Notes: generated from the sequence alone by a model not told the origin. Shown: positions 25,050 through 37,020, counted from the first letter of the stretch. The stretch: DNA of 64,000 nucleotides from Rotaria sp. (GCA_905250055.1 CAJNOF010000042.1:403805-467804), one strand, 5' to 3'. Program-made: numbers and translations.

Positions 25050-28000
25050 TCAGATAATGACTTTTTGTTTGTCTAACTTATGTCGTTATCGCAGTAGCGG
25101 AAACTTGAAATGAAATATTTTACTTTTCACCTTCAATTGCTTCCTTAGTGATTCTTTTATTTATCTTGATTCTCTTTTCTAAACGTAATTTACTCTTACA
25201 ATAATAAATCACTTCTGCATTCTATCATTATTTTTTAGAAAAACAAATACAAATACACTTCACAGTATTTGCGTGCAATATTTTTTCACCTAAGGCTATA
25301 TACTAACAACATTCATGATCAACTGAAATACGCAATTCATATTCATTTCTTTTCATCTAATTAAGAAAACTTGATTATTATTGTGAATGAATAACAAATC
25401 TTGTTTTTGCTTAGTGATACGATTGTAGAATTATAATAAACTCTTTGCTTCAAGTCTAATAACATTCGCGATCCTAAATTTATTATTCAACAAAGTGTTG
25501 CGAAAGAACAACAGCATTCATTACAGGTTATTAGAAGGGCCATAACTAATTAATATTTTTAGTATATTACTTTTTCTTGTTTCTTTACATTTTGCTACAA
25601 TGACAATCATTTGATGAAGACAGTCTCTCACGCTTTTACCTTTAGAAAATAAATGTAGCACGAGTTAAATTGAATTAGAATGATTTTACAAATGGACATG
25701 TTCGATTAAACAAATAACGATGTTGCCAGTCTAAATTCATATGACTACATCATACCATTTGATAGACAAATTCATAACTATAGTGACTGTAAATTCATTT
25801 TGCAAAATTTTTTCACTTAAACATATGTATAAATAAAGAATTTTTTTTCGAACACTCTCCACTGATTGTTCAACACACAACTACACATACACGAATATGT
25901 CTCGGATATTTATACATTTTATATTTATTTACAATTTAGAATTTTACCAAAACAGTGTTTAATTATTTGTGATCATGATGAAAAAATCGAGGACAACTAT
26001 ATTTAAAATTTATTACATAAAAAGCTGAAACTAATACTATTAAATCTCATATTAAATCGAATGAGCTTCAGTGTAAGTAGTACACACGTTATTTCGTGTA
26101 AGATGATTATTAATGAGTGCCAACTCATATACTAAGAAAATTGAATCTCAGACTCGCTCTAAATTTCGTAAGAGGCATTTTTGGCCTGATCCCAGGTAGT
26201 GAAGGATGTATCGGCATATTATTTCTTTAACATTCACACGAATCGTAATATATTAACAGCTTGTCATTGTGTACAGTCGAAGTTGCTTCATAATGCTTTA
26301 CATTTTGAGTTTTTTTAGCAGAAACATTTTTCTTGCTAATAAAATGGATTTTGCTTTTAGTTATTCATGATAGACGATCTCAATGTGTTACAAAATAACA
26401 AAAGATAAATTCAACGATTGCTGAATGACAGACGAAAGTATGTCATGAAGCAATTTGATATAGAATTTAGAGAAAAACTCGATGATAATATTTCTATTTG
26501 ATGATTGATCAGAGAACATTCCTAAATTGTTTTGACTTCGTAGTTTGATTGCAAGTAAATATCTCGAGAATCATTAGAAGTCTGAATATTTTCGGAAACA
26601 TGATCTATTTAGAAAGAGTTGCAAACATTATACTGATTTTTTAACAATATTATATCTAAGGATAGATCAAATAGAGATCAAAGCTCTTCTGAAAATGTTT
26701 ACAGAAAGATCTATTAATTTTAGACATATTTATTCCGATTCTTGTTTCCCATACGGTTTTGTCCACATGAATGACATTTTGATCTACTTGACACTTTTAT
26801 CACATCTTTCACTAATGATTTATAATCATTCCAGCAAGTTTTAACTAGAATTTGAGCCTTTATACTAATATGTGTATAGATTATCTATGCTATCATAACG
26901 TATGATTGTATAATAACCAGAAGCCATTTTTGTGACACGTACTATCATCAAAAACACGTCCTAAAAGTGTATGGCGATGACTCTAAACTAACACTATTGA
27001 CTATAGCATTTCTATTGGTTCACATCAACAAAATTGTTCATATAAGCTATGAATAACGATTACATGGTACACCACTCTCCTAATTCGAGCAAAACTGGAG
27101 AGATTTTTTATTTTATAAGTAATGTTCGCAGTGGGGTACAAAATAACAAGAGATCTCAAAAAAAAAGAACTTCTCCAATGCAAATTTGATAGAAGAACAC
27201 TAATTCAAAAATTATAAATAGTATACACAGACGTGACAAACATGATGTACGAGTAGATTTCATTCATTGCATTTTATCTTTTGATTCCTGAAAAACTACA
27301 ATACAGATTTATAATGAATTAGGATTTGCATTGTTTCAAAATTCAATGTCGAGTTAAACATGAACTATTGAATATATTAGAATTTCTGTAACTGTTTTTA
27401 AAAGAAAATATGTTCGCACTTGATCTCTTGCAATATGAAAATATACAACGATTTCAACTAGTTACATACAACAATACTCAATCTTCGTATTGACAAGACT
27501 CACAGTAAATTACAAAGTCAGAGCATCAACCTACATCAACGTATTGAAAACAATAATAATACGTTTCAATGTATTTCCAATGATATTCTGTACTTTTTTA
27601 TAATCATTTTATTTGTTGGTGAAGATGATTATCGTGTGCTAATCACCAATTTTTCACTCCATTGTAACACGGGTAGAGATATTTCAAAGTTTTAAGAGTT
27701 AAATATGCTCACAAACAAAAAACTTTTATTTTAGCAATGACTAAAATTCAACAGGACCAATATTTGTCCTGTATCATGAATAAAAAAAACAAAGTTTATT
27801 GTTAAACAACTGATTCATTTATGACACAATCAACTCTTTTCAGCAGGTCAATCGTACAGAATGAAATGTCAGTTATCAACGATAATATCAAATATTAACA
27901 ATATTTTGAGAAATCGTAAGAAACTGACATAAGAATAAAAAACTTTGAAAATATCGATCTGTTGTGTGAGTGAACAGGATGTCAATACTCACACTCATGT

Positions 28001-28980
28001 CTTCTGACATAGGCACCATTTTATTTTCCACATATTGGTTTCTATGCAAAATATGAGTGAACGATTGTGAGAAAATGATAACTTGAAAGAGCTAGTGTTG
28101 TTAAGCATTTTTTATTTGTAAAAAACTAATTAAAACAACTTTTTTGATTCTAAAAAAAAATTTATCTCATAGTTTTCTTCGTAATCTTTTTACTGACATA
28201 AAAGAAAGCAAACAGAAAAATTAGATTATTCAACAAATCATAAAACAACTATTAGAAAACTAATAATGAAACCATTAAATGAAGTGCATTCAATAGCAAA
28301 TATAATGTTCATAGAGAAGATTTTATTATCGAATGGTTCAAAACACTTACCCTTTGTGTAATATTTTTTTTTGCACTGGTATCATTAACTTTTTAGTCCA
28401 AATCTTGTTGCAAGAAGTAGAGCTGAAACAAACCTACTATAAAATACTTTGAGTTCAAATGCCAACTTGACTTGAGATTCAACATCAATGAGATGCATGA
28501 TTGAACTAGGTTGAATTTTAATATACAGAGAGAAAGGATCATTTCCGAAAACTGACGAGTGTTAGTACAACAGATATAATAGGCTGATTTTCTACGAAAA
28601 TCAAAGAATGTATTTGATGGAAATATTCACGATTTGTGCTGTACGAAGTGAAGGAAACTTCGAAGTGAATTAATACAAAAATTCCATAAAGAATATCGAT
28701 AGAAAAAATCTTTGGTATGACAAGAATAAGATGAGAATTGAAGCAAAAAGATTTTCATCAATTGTCAATGAACAAAACTTATAGCAAGCTGAAACACTTT
28801 GCAAACATTGGTAATTGTTAAGGACAACAACTTGATAAGAAATGAAGTAACAACAGTGGCTTTGAATAACATAAATTAAAAACGGAATTTTTTTGAAAAA
28901 AAACTAACTATTCACCTATTTACATTGCTGAAAAAGAAAACGCCAGGTCTTGAAGATGGTAGTAGGAGGGAAGAAGACTT

Positions 28981-28994
28981 GAGAGGGGGGGGGG
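28981..28994. repeat. G homopolymer (~11 G) inside a GA-rich patch
   Basis: gagagggggggggggagctgagagtgaagg at about 28975-29005. Isolated in a ~30% GC intergenic region, ~660 bp upstream of the cupin gene. Confidence 0.5.
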
Positions 28995-29652
28995 GAGCTG
29001 AGAGTGAAGGTAACATTCCAAAGAATACACTAAACATCACCGCTCCCTTTCTGCATTATCAAGATTTTCTTCTGAATTCTTCTGTGTGTTTAAGGAGTAA
29101 AAGATCTTGAAACACACAGAGAAGAAGTTTTATTCTTTCTTTCTATATCTTTTGTTTGTTTGTTTGTTCTGATATGTGTGCTGTTGGGTTATTAACTTTG
29201 GCAACATATAGAGGCAAACGTTGTTGCGATAAGCAAATTTCTACGAAACTAGCAGAGTCAAGCAGAAATATAATTGTTGCAGCTACTTTCATTTCTGAAA
29301 GGAAATCTGTAGAAGAAAAATAAGGTAGAACTTAACTAATTATCTTATGCAGTGAAATTGTGACCTAACAAGTTTAAACAAAAAAAGAAGGTTTCAGTCA
29401 TCAAAATTGCATAATAACCTAAGCAAAAGGTGACAATAATCAGTATCTATTGCATAGTTATGTTACTTCATTTATTATAGCTTTACTTTTTTATATTATC
29501 TTCTCCATATCGCATATTTTGTCTCTTTTTCATATTCTGCAATAAAGAAGTATATCAGAAAAGCAATATCAGAATCCTCGAGCTTCATTTTCTTTTAGAC
29601 AAAATGCTAAATATACGTTAAAATACGTTTCATCAGTATTTGATTATCAGTC

Positions 29653-30127
29653 ATGGATGAACATAAACCTAAACCTGTTTTTCGCTGTGTTGACGATTGT
29701 GAAACTCAAGAATGGAATCATCCAAAGCGTGGTTATGTGAAGTGGTGGGAACTAATCAATGGTGACATAACATCAACAACAGGGCTCACTATGGGTATTG
29801 CAGAAGTTCCAGTGGGAGCTCCTCCTACGAAACGTGGTCATACACACGATGCAGAGGAAGTGTACGTTGTTTATTCAGTATCATTTTAAAGTCTATTTTG
29901 TTTTTCTTGTTCGTCCAGATATTATTTTTTAAGTGGAACAGGAAGAGTTCACATCGATGGTATGGAAACAGATGTCAAACCGGGCACATCAGTATGGATA
30001 CCTGCCAATGCTGAACATTTTTGCTACAATACCGGCACAGAACCGCTAAAACTCTTATTTGTATTCGCGCGCGATAAATTCAGTGATGTACATTACTGCT
30101 TTCCAGCAGAAACGGAATTTGAGTCAT
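29653..30127 (+). CDS. Small single-domain cupin (RmlC-like/cupin_2 barrel), 2 exons
   Basis: Exon 1 (29653-~29877): ...VPVGAPPTKRGHTHDAEEVYVVYS, cupin motif 1 (G-x5-H-x-H-x3-E-x6-G). Exon 2 (~29935-30127): GTGRVHIDGMETDVKPGTSVWIPANAEHFCYNTGTEPLKLLFVFARDKF...ETEFES then stop, cupin motif 2 (G-x5-P-x-G-x2-H-x3-N). The ~57-nt intervening segment contains a stop. The exact splice junction could not be resolved from the sequence as read. Confidence 0.55.
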
Positions 30128-30670
30128 AAACATATTTCTTCTAAATTTATTCCATGTTCAAAAGCAATAAAAATTCACGCTTTTTTTAAATCTGAATAGA
30201 GTGATCATTTCTCCGTCGAAAGTGCGCTGAAACTCAAGAAAGAGTCGAAGTTTTCATGAAAATTATGAGAACAGATTGCAATGTAGCACAAATTTACGTA
30301 AGAATTTGAAATGTCAGAATAAGTCTAATCGACAGTAATGGGTAAGCATTTGTTGAATGCTTCTTAATTGTGCTATACTTGAACTTCTAGGAAAGTTAAC
30401 ATAGGCAGACGCTACTTCGTCGATTGACGTATTCTTAGAAATTCAATTGTGCTTAGCATTTATCTGTCTTAACCTATAGAAAAAATTCAATTTAGTTGCT
30501 AAAGATTATGTTGAAGGCAACTTTCAATGATCAACAACATGCGTATGGGTTTTTTTTTATAAGTTTATCTTACTCTTATCTTGTTCTACCCTCTCGTTTT
30601 TTTTTCTTTACCTGATGAAAAAAAAATAACATTATGAAAGGATCAAAAAGCATTTCGTAAAATCATTGTA

Positions 30671-31858
30671 ATGAAAGCTGCTATCTATTCAAAGAATTCC
30701 ACCAATAGTGTGAGGCTCGCCACCGTTCCACGTCCAACACTAACAACAACAGTGTATGAGCCGACTTCCACTAACATAATCCGTTTTTGGTCTTTTCAAA
30801 TAATCAATCTTGTTTTCACTTGCATTAGTCATTTTATGTGCCTACTACGTTGGTTGTTTCCTAGTATTCCGGGTCCTTATGGTGAAGTGACTGACCGCCA
30901 GTGGGTACTATGCCGTGTATATTGCGGTGGCGTGAATCCGGTAGATGCAAAATTTCTTTATGGAGACAAATTGCCTCACTTCTGTTTACCTCTGGTGAAA
31001 TGGTTTGTTGAGAGCAGAATTTGCGGCATTGACTTCAGTGGTATAGTAGTCGAAGCTCCTCCAGGTTGTAAGTATACAGTGGGCGACGCAGTTTTTGGTA
31101 CAATTCCTCCGTTTTGCGGCTCGTTCGCAGAGTATGTAAGGGCACCAACTGATTTCATCTGCCACAAACCCAATAACAAATCGTTTGCCGAAGCATGTGC
31201 GATACCTTTAGTTGGTTTGACGGCTCTGCAAGCTTTCGAGGACAATAATCTAATGGTTGGACAGCATGTTCTGGTTCTGGGCGCTTCGGGTGGAACTGGA
31301 CATGTTGCCGTACAAATAGCCAAGATCAAAGGCGCAAGAGTGACTGCAGTAACTAGTTCACGTAATGCAGATTTCGTTAAAGGTCTTGGCGCAGACGAAA
31401 TTCTCTTCTACGATCTATCTACAAATATATTAGAGGATTTACATGTTGTTACATTACGTCATGGTCCATTTGACTTAGTTTTTGACTCTGTTTCCTCCCA
31501 TGATCTGCGAGATGCAAATTTTGCTTATGAAACTCGAATTCGTAATACGAAACCCAAATTAGTTACTGGAATGTATATTTTAATTGGAGGTATCGTAACG
31601 GACTGGGTTCTTGCACACATCAAACGATTTTTTGGTATTGACTGGTTCGCAAATGGCAGACAGCTATTCTGGGTCAGATTTCCGGATAGCACTAGGAGGC
31701 TCGAATCATTGCGTCAATTTTGTGAGGCCAACCAGCTCAAGGTAGCAATAGCCAATCGTATGCCATTTACAGAAGAAGGTATTCAGGAAGCATTTCGTTT
31801 GCAAATGAATCGTCGTACTGTAGGTAAAATCATTATTGAAATGATTTCCGAAAAGTAA
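30671..31858 (+). CDS. Medium-chain dehydrogenase/reductase (zinc-binding ADH / quinone oxidoreductase / RTN4IP1-like), 2 exons
   Basis: Exon 1 30671-30753 (MKAAIYSKNSTNSVRLATVPRPTLTTT), exon 2 30865-31858. The 111-nt intron gtatgag...cctag is AT-rich, in-frame and stop-free, which is why the track shows one 395-aa ORF. MDR hallmarks: GEVTDRQWVLCRVYCGGVNPVDAKF (GroES-like N-domain), NAD(P) fold VLVLGASGGTGHVAVQIAKIKGARVTAVTSS, C-terminal ...RRTVGKIIIEM. Coding GC is visibly higher than the rest of the window. Confidence 0.8.
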   Translation: MKAAIYSKNSTNSVRLATVPRPTLTTTVYEPTSTNIIRFWSFQIINLVFTCISHFMCLLRWLFPSIPGPYGEVTDRQWVLCRVYCGGVNPVDAKFLYGDKLPHFCLPLVKWFVESRICGIDFSGIVVEAPPGCKYTVGDAVFGTIPPFCGSFAEYVRAPTDFICHKPNNKSFAEACAIPLVGLTALQAFEDNNLMVGQHVLVLGASGGTGHVAVQIAKIKGARVTAVTSSRNADFVKGLGADEILFYDLSTNILEDLHVVTLRHGPFDLVFDSVSSHDLRDANFAYETRIRNTKPKLVTGMYILIGGIVTDWVLAHIKRFFGIDWFANGRQLFWVRFPDSTRRLESLRQFCEANQLKVAIANRMPFTEEGIQEAFRLQMNRRTVGKIIIEMISEK

Positions 31859-32629
31859 TAAAATAACTCTAATTGAAAATATTCTATATTGGCATAGTCA
31901 AGCATAGCGATCATACGAGAAGGCAATGATCAGACAAGGAGAGAATGAATACTAGGCCAATAAAGAGGAAGAAATTAAAATAAAGATGATATAATTCGTT
32001 ATGCCACTGAATTTGATTGATCACTCAAAACTGTATTTTCAATCGAATATGTTTTCAAAAACCTCTAACAAAACAAAATATGAGTGTGGGTGCGAGGTTG
32101 GTGTGAATGTGTGATGGTGGGGGTGAATATGAGTGTAAATGTCGAACATGAGTACACCTACACACCCACACCCCAGCAATATTCAGTGCACTTTGGAAAA
32201 CCATGTGTTCAAAGGTCAGGCTTTTTCTTTGAAAGATTTATTATTATGCTATCAGATGTAAAATTTGATTCTTAACAAAACTGTGTAAAGATGAAATTCA
32301 ACAATGAAAATATTTAGGTTGCCTCAAATTGAAATAACAAAAACATCATAAATTTACTAGAGAAGGACTTTTATCGTTTATGTTACATTTTTGTACTTCG
32401 AAAACTGTTTCTTCTAAGGTTCTCTTCTAAAATTCTGAAACACTCAATCAATAATGCAGAATTTTACAAAAAAGTTGATGAAATGCTTAAACTTTTACCA
32501 AAACTTTCATCAAAACATTGTCATTAGTTTTCGTTTTATTGATCGGTGTAGTTGGACAACTAAGTAAGTTCAGATTAGCACAATTTCTCGTGGAACATGC
32601 GCACTTTTATTTACTTAGATTAACATTAT

Positions 32630-32760
32630 TCGATATTTGATGTCATCGCTTGGATTCTATCAAGATAATTGTCTTATTTTATTTTATTAAGTAGAAATGT
32701 ATGAAAATCAATAAAAATTTTCATCGTACTCAAAATGATTATGCAACGCGAGTTAAGTAT
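32630..32760. repeat. Dispersed ~100-bp repeat, copy A
   Basis: ...ttgtcttattttattttattaagtagaaatgtatgaaaatcaataaaaattttcatcgtactcaaaatgattatg... This is ~75% identical to 37030-37135 (...tagtcttattttatcttcgtaacctgaaatgtatgaaaaccaataaaagtttacatcatactcaaatgatcatg...). Confidence 0.4.
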
Positions 32761-35220
32761 CTTATTCAAATATCGATATTTCATATGAAAAGAAGTTCAG
32801 CATATGGTTATAATTGGTTGAGGTAATCATTCTCAATAAAAAGATGAGTATCAATGGAAAATGATCCAATTGGCATCATGTTAGACTCTATAATATATTC
32901 AGTACAATGAATGAGTTAAATGAAGAACTGATTATGAGTTTTCAATCTAGAGAGATGAAACTTTTCAGCCTTTATTTTTCTAAAATTCCATCTCTTAGCT
33001 ACATATTTGTGATTAAGTTAATAATATACGATCAAATGATACTTCAAGAGGGTGTGATATATTATCAGAAAATTTCATCGTTAAATGTTGAGTCATAGTG
33101 AAACTGGACGTATAACAAAGTGAAAAGGTCAATTTTTGTCGGACAGAAAGCTTTTAGACGGTCTTTTAAATTGATTTCTGTCTGGAATTGTTCGAAAGAA
33201 CTGAAGCCATATAAATAGAACGAGCAAAACACGAGCTATCTTTTGATAAATAAACCTTTCTATAAATAAATAACTATGAATTGAAATAAATATTTCATAA
33301 AAGACAACTGACACTGTTCCTGTAAACTCTTTATCATTTCTATATGCGGAATATTCGTCTCGGAAATATCATATTTGAAAGAGCATGGGACGTTGAATAT
33401 TTAGCAGAAAATGAGGTTTCAAAATCAAAAAACGTCTTTGCCCGAAACTTAAAATCATCTCTAATCTTATACAACGTCCGACGCACTTTCGAATATGATA
33501 GTTGGAAAACTCTTCCCATGCATGTTGGAATCTATAATGTTGTATCACATTCAGTCAATAGCATGAAAAATCTACGTGCTTTAACCATCTTCTCTCCAGA
33601 TGATTCATGAAGGATGAAACTTGATTGTGGTCGGCTTCCATCAGAAGAAAACATGCATGTCAAACGGCTGCAGCTACATTTGCCATCTACATGTACAACA
33701 TCAATTATTAAATTACTTCTGAATAAGATTTGATTGTAGATGCATTAATGAAAACAAAAATTATATTTATAATTTTTGATTAGGTTTTGCATAAATGATC
33801 GAGATTCGAAACCAGTTTGTTTCCATGTTTTTCGATATTCTAAAATCTCCAGGTATTTTTGAATGAGACGTCTCTTAATTGGCATACAAGATACATTATG
33901 TATCTAAATAAAAATAATCATTTTATATCTTTCTTTGTCGAAGTGTTTCAGATATCTCTAGTATATAGCTCCAAAAACGATTGATTTCGCATAAACTCGG
34001 TGTCATTGGACAATCTACCATGTTCGAATAGAAATAGTATAGAAAATCTAGGCTTTTTTATATATTAAATGTAGGGAATGGCATTGTCATCTATTTGTTG
34101 GCATGCTACTTTTTATCGTAACTCTCTTGAATGTTATATTCTATTAGACACAGGTTATTGGCCTAAGATTACTCTTACTATGAACAAAAATGATACACAC
34201 CTAGTGTGCAAGTTAATTAAGGAGAAGATGAAGATGAATTAATGATTTCATCGTGCATTGTGATCTATTATTCTATACCAATCTGTCATGTATTCAGTGA
34301 ATGTGAAGCATATTGAGTAGTGCGATGAGATTGAACTTACTCACTTTCTGTATATATTTTCTCTTTTGTGCGTAACTGACAACGAATCTCTCAAACAAAA
34401 AAAGAACTTTTTTATCGATGAGAAGAGTTCATGTTTGTTCTTTTATCTATTTTCAGTGAGACTACTCCATTAATAAATATTGTCATTTTTTTAAAAATTC
34501 ACGTTGGTAACATATCAATCCATTCTTCTTGTAGGAATTTTATGAAAGGTAATATTTGACTGTAGGACATCCAGTTTTAATAGTTTTCGAAAGTCTCAAA
34601 TATTCACTTTTACCCAACATAAACAAATTTAACAACACTACTTTTTACTTGATATTGACACTGAAGAAAATCTATTCATTAAATTCTCACGTGCTATAGC
34701 TCATCCTATGCATTATTCTACAAACTTTGGACACAATATTTTATTTGAAAATCATAACGTAAAATTAACCCTATCAGTGTTCCTCTATGAAAGAGACCTA
34801 CCGTCAACAATGCTCCACTCACTATTATGCACAAGTCTTGACAATGATCACTTCTACAAAAATGTATCCGAGCAGTTATCAAAGAGATCATTGGCTCTCA
34901 TAAATATGATCACCGTTGATATGTGGTTGAAGAACGCATCGATTCCTGAATGAAGAAAGTTTCTAATCTCATACTAATCTTCAACAAATACACTACAGCG
35001 ATTCAATATTCGAGTGTTCAATAACGACATTTCGGCTTCAAAAATTTGAATTATATCGTATGCTGGAAATCATAAATTAGTCTGTGGCTGTGGACTAAAA
35101 CAAAATGTACTCTAAGAAGCTAACCCACAATCTGTATGTGATCAAATCACATGCATTAAAAGATTTATGAAAAGTTAATTTGGATCACTTATCTGACAAC
35201 CATGCATTAAGACTAGTTAT

Positions 35221-35600
35221 TGCTTTCCTACAGCTATAGTTGTAACCCATTTCAATATGACACGCTACCGATACATATGTTGACACAAAATGACACAAAA
35301 ATTACTCAAGTCTTAGAATAACGAAATATTTCGTTTACAATTTTTAAAGCATTTTGACATATAATGACACGCTGGCATACATGTGTCCAAGGGTGACAAT
35401 ACTTCATGTGTCAAAACGTTTAAAAAACCAAAATGACACATGAAGTACTGTCACGCTTTGACACATGTTATACCAGCGTGTCATTATGTGTCAAAATTTT
35501 TTAAATCTTGTAAACGAAATATTTCGTTATTCTAAGACTTGAGTAATTTTTGTGTCACTTTATGTCGACACATGTGTCGGTAGCGTGTCATTTTAAAATG
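35221..35600. repeat. Near-perfect long inverted repeat (foldback element), arms ~180 bp
   Basis: 35226-35420 (...gacacgctaccgatacatatgttgacac...ttactcaagtcttagaataacgaaatatttcgtttacaatttttaaagcattttgacatataatgacacgctgg...) is mirrored as its reverse complement at 35430-35600 (...ccagcgtgtcattatgtgtcaaaattttttaaatcttgtaaacgaaatatttcgttattctaagacttgagtaa...gtgtcgacacatgtgtcggtagcgtgtca). Internal tgacac/gtgtca sub-palindromes. No ORF. Confidence 0.65.
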
Positions 35601-37020
35601 GGAAGCTGACATATATGTTTCGATATATATGATCGGCTCATAACACTATCCTCATTCTGTCTATTATATTTCTAGGAGTCAAACTGAGAAGTTGGTTTAT
35701 TTATCTTGGCATATAATTATTTTATCAGCTGTTAAATATTGGCTTTCGTAAACAGAGGCATAAAATGTAAAGTATAAGAAAAATGAAAGAAGTTGTTATT
35801 AGAATTAAAACAAACATAAACCAAAAAACAACAACAAGATAAATGCATAAATCAATAGCTAGAGCTATGAAGAACATGATCATCCATGCAGGAAACAATA
35901 GAATTGATAAACTACTCTCTCGACGATGACGATTGCTTAGCTGATAGTGTCGAAAATAAGACCAAACTGGAGTAGAAAGTTGTTTATGTGTTCTATTAAT
36001 TTTATGAATGAGTCGATCACGGAAATTCATTATATTCAAACACTATGTTGTTATGTGTACAATTGATCAGCAATGTTCCTATGAAAAAAATCAAAATTAA
36101 AAGTGAGCACGGATATATTTTGTGTATTATTCTGAAAAAGGAAATTGTCTTGGCTTCTTTCTAGTGCAAAATACACTTTTTTAGCAAGAATATCAGAATT
36201 GTTTTCAGATCCTGAAGACGAACTAGACAAAGATGGGTGGGTAATTCTAAATTTCCTCTTTGTCAGTACCCACATCCATGACAGAGAAGGTAGTCTTGCC
36301 ATTTAGCAAGGTTTTCAAATCACTCAGTAGTCTTTATTCTAGTTAGAAAATCCGATAGAGATGAATGAATCTTCTGTTATTCGCTGACCACCAAGATATC
36401 GTATTTCGTATCATAGTTCACACTCGATTCGAGTTCGAATCCGGTCTAGTTAGTTTTCAAGAACGTTGGATAACATAAAGAATATAAAAGTAAAGATTCC
36501 GTAAAATATGGACGTTGACCCGAATTCTTATATCAAAAGATTAAAGCACAAAAGTTTTACCCATTGCAGCCATATAATAGAAAAAAAAACACGCACTTCA
36601 AAACTGCATCAATAAGAAAAGCAACAGTCACTCTTGAGAGCATGCTGCCATAAAAATATTTTCATCGAAAGAAAGAAAAAACTCTTGAGTACAAAATGCA
36701 TTTCAACATAAAACAAAAAGTTCACCATATAAAACAAATCAACAAATGTGAAAAAAATGTGCTTAGTTATATTTGTCGACGATAGGAGCCTGTGCTGTAA
36801 AAACATATCTTTGAAAGGAAAAAAGCATGGATGTTATTTGGGGTAGATGTGAATAGGACAAGATGAAACTAGGATAAAGCTTGAAATTCTCTATCGCTAG
36901 GTATAAGAGCGAATTTTCTTTCAGGATAAAGAAACGAGAGAAAAATACACTGAGATTTAGTGCAATGTCTCTTGAAACATCTGTATTTTTAATCAATTAG
37001 ATAAATATTATACAAAATTT

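Noticed and set aside
30976-31329. Minus ORF 30976..31329
   Set aside because: Antisense inside the MDR gene; its relatively high GC simply mirrors the sense strand.
33344-33610. Plus ORF 33344..33610 (MRNIRLGNIIFERAWDVEYLAENE...)
   Set aside because: No recognisable motif, no in-frame neighbours, sits in a repeat-rich gene desert; could be a decayed TE ORF but I cannot support it.
36420-36445. tRNA-like T-loop motif gagttcgaatccggtc
   Set aside because: The flanking 80 nt are AT-rich with no acceptor/anticodon stem complementarity; no cloverleaf can be drawn. The similar ggttcgattc string at ~2925 is the coding sequence of the SDR Rossmann exon.
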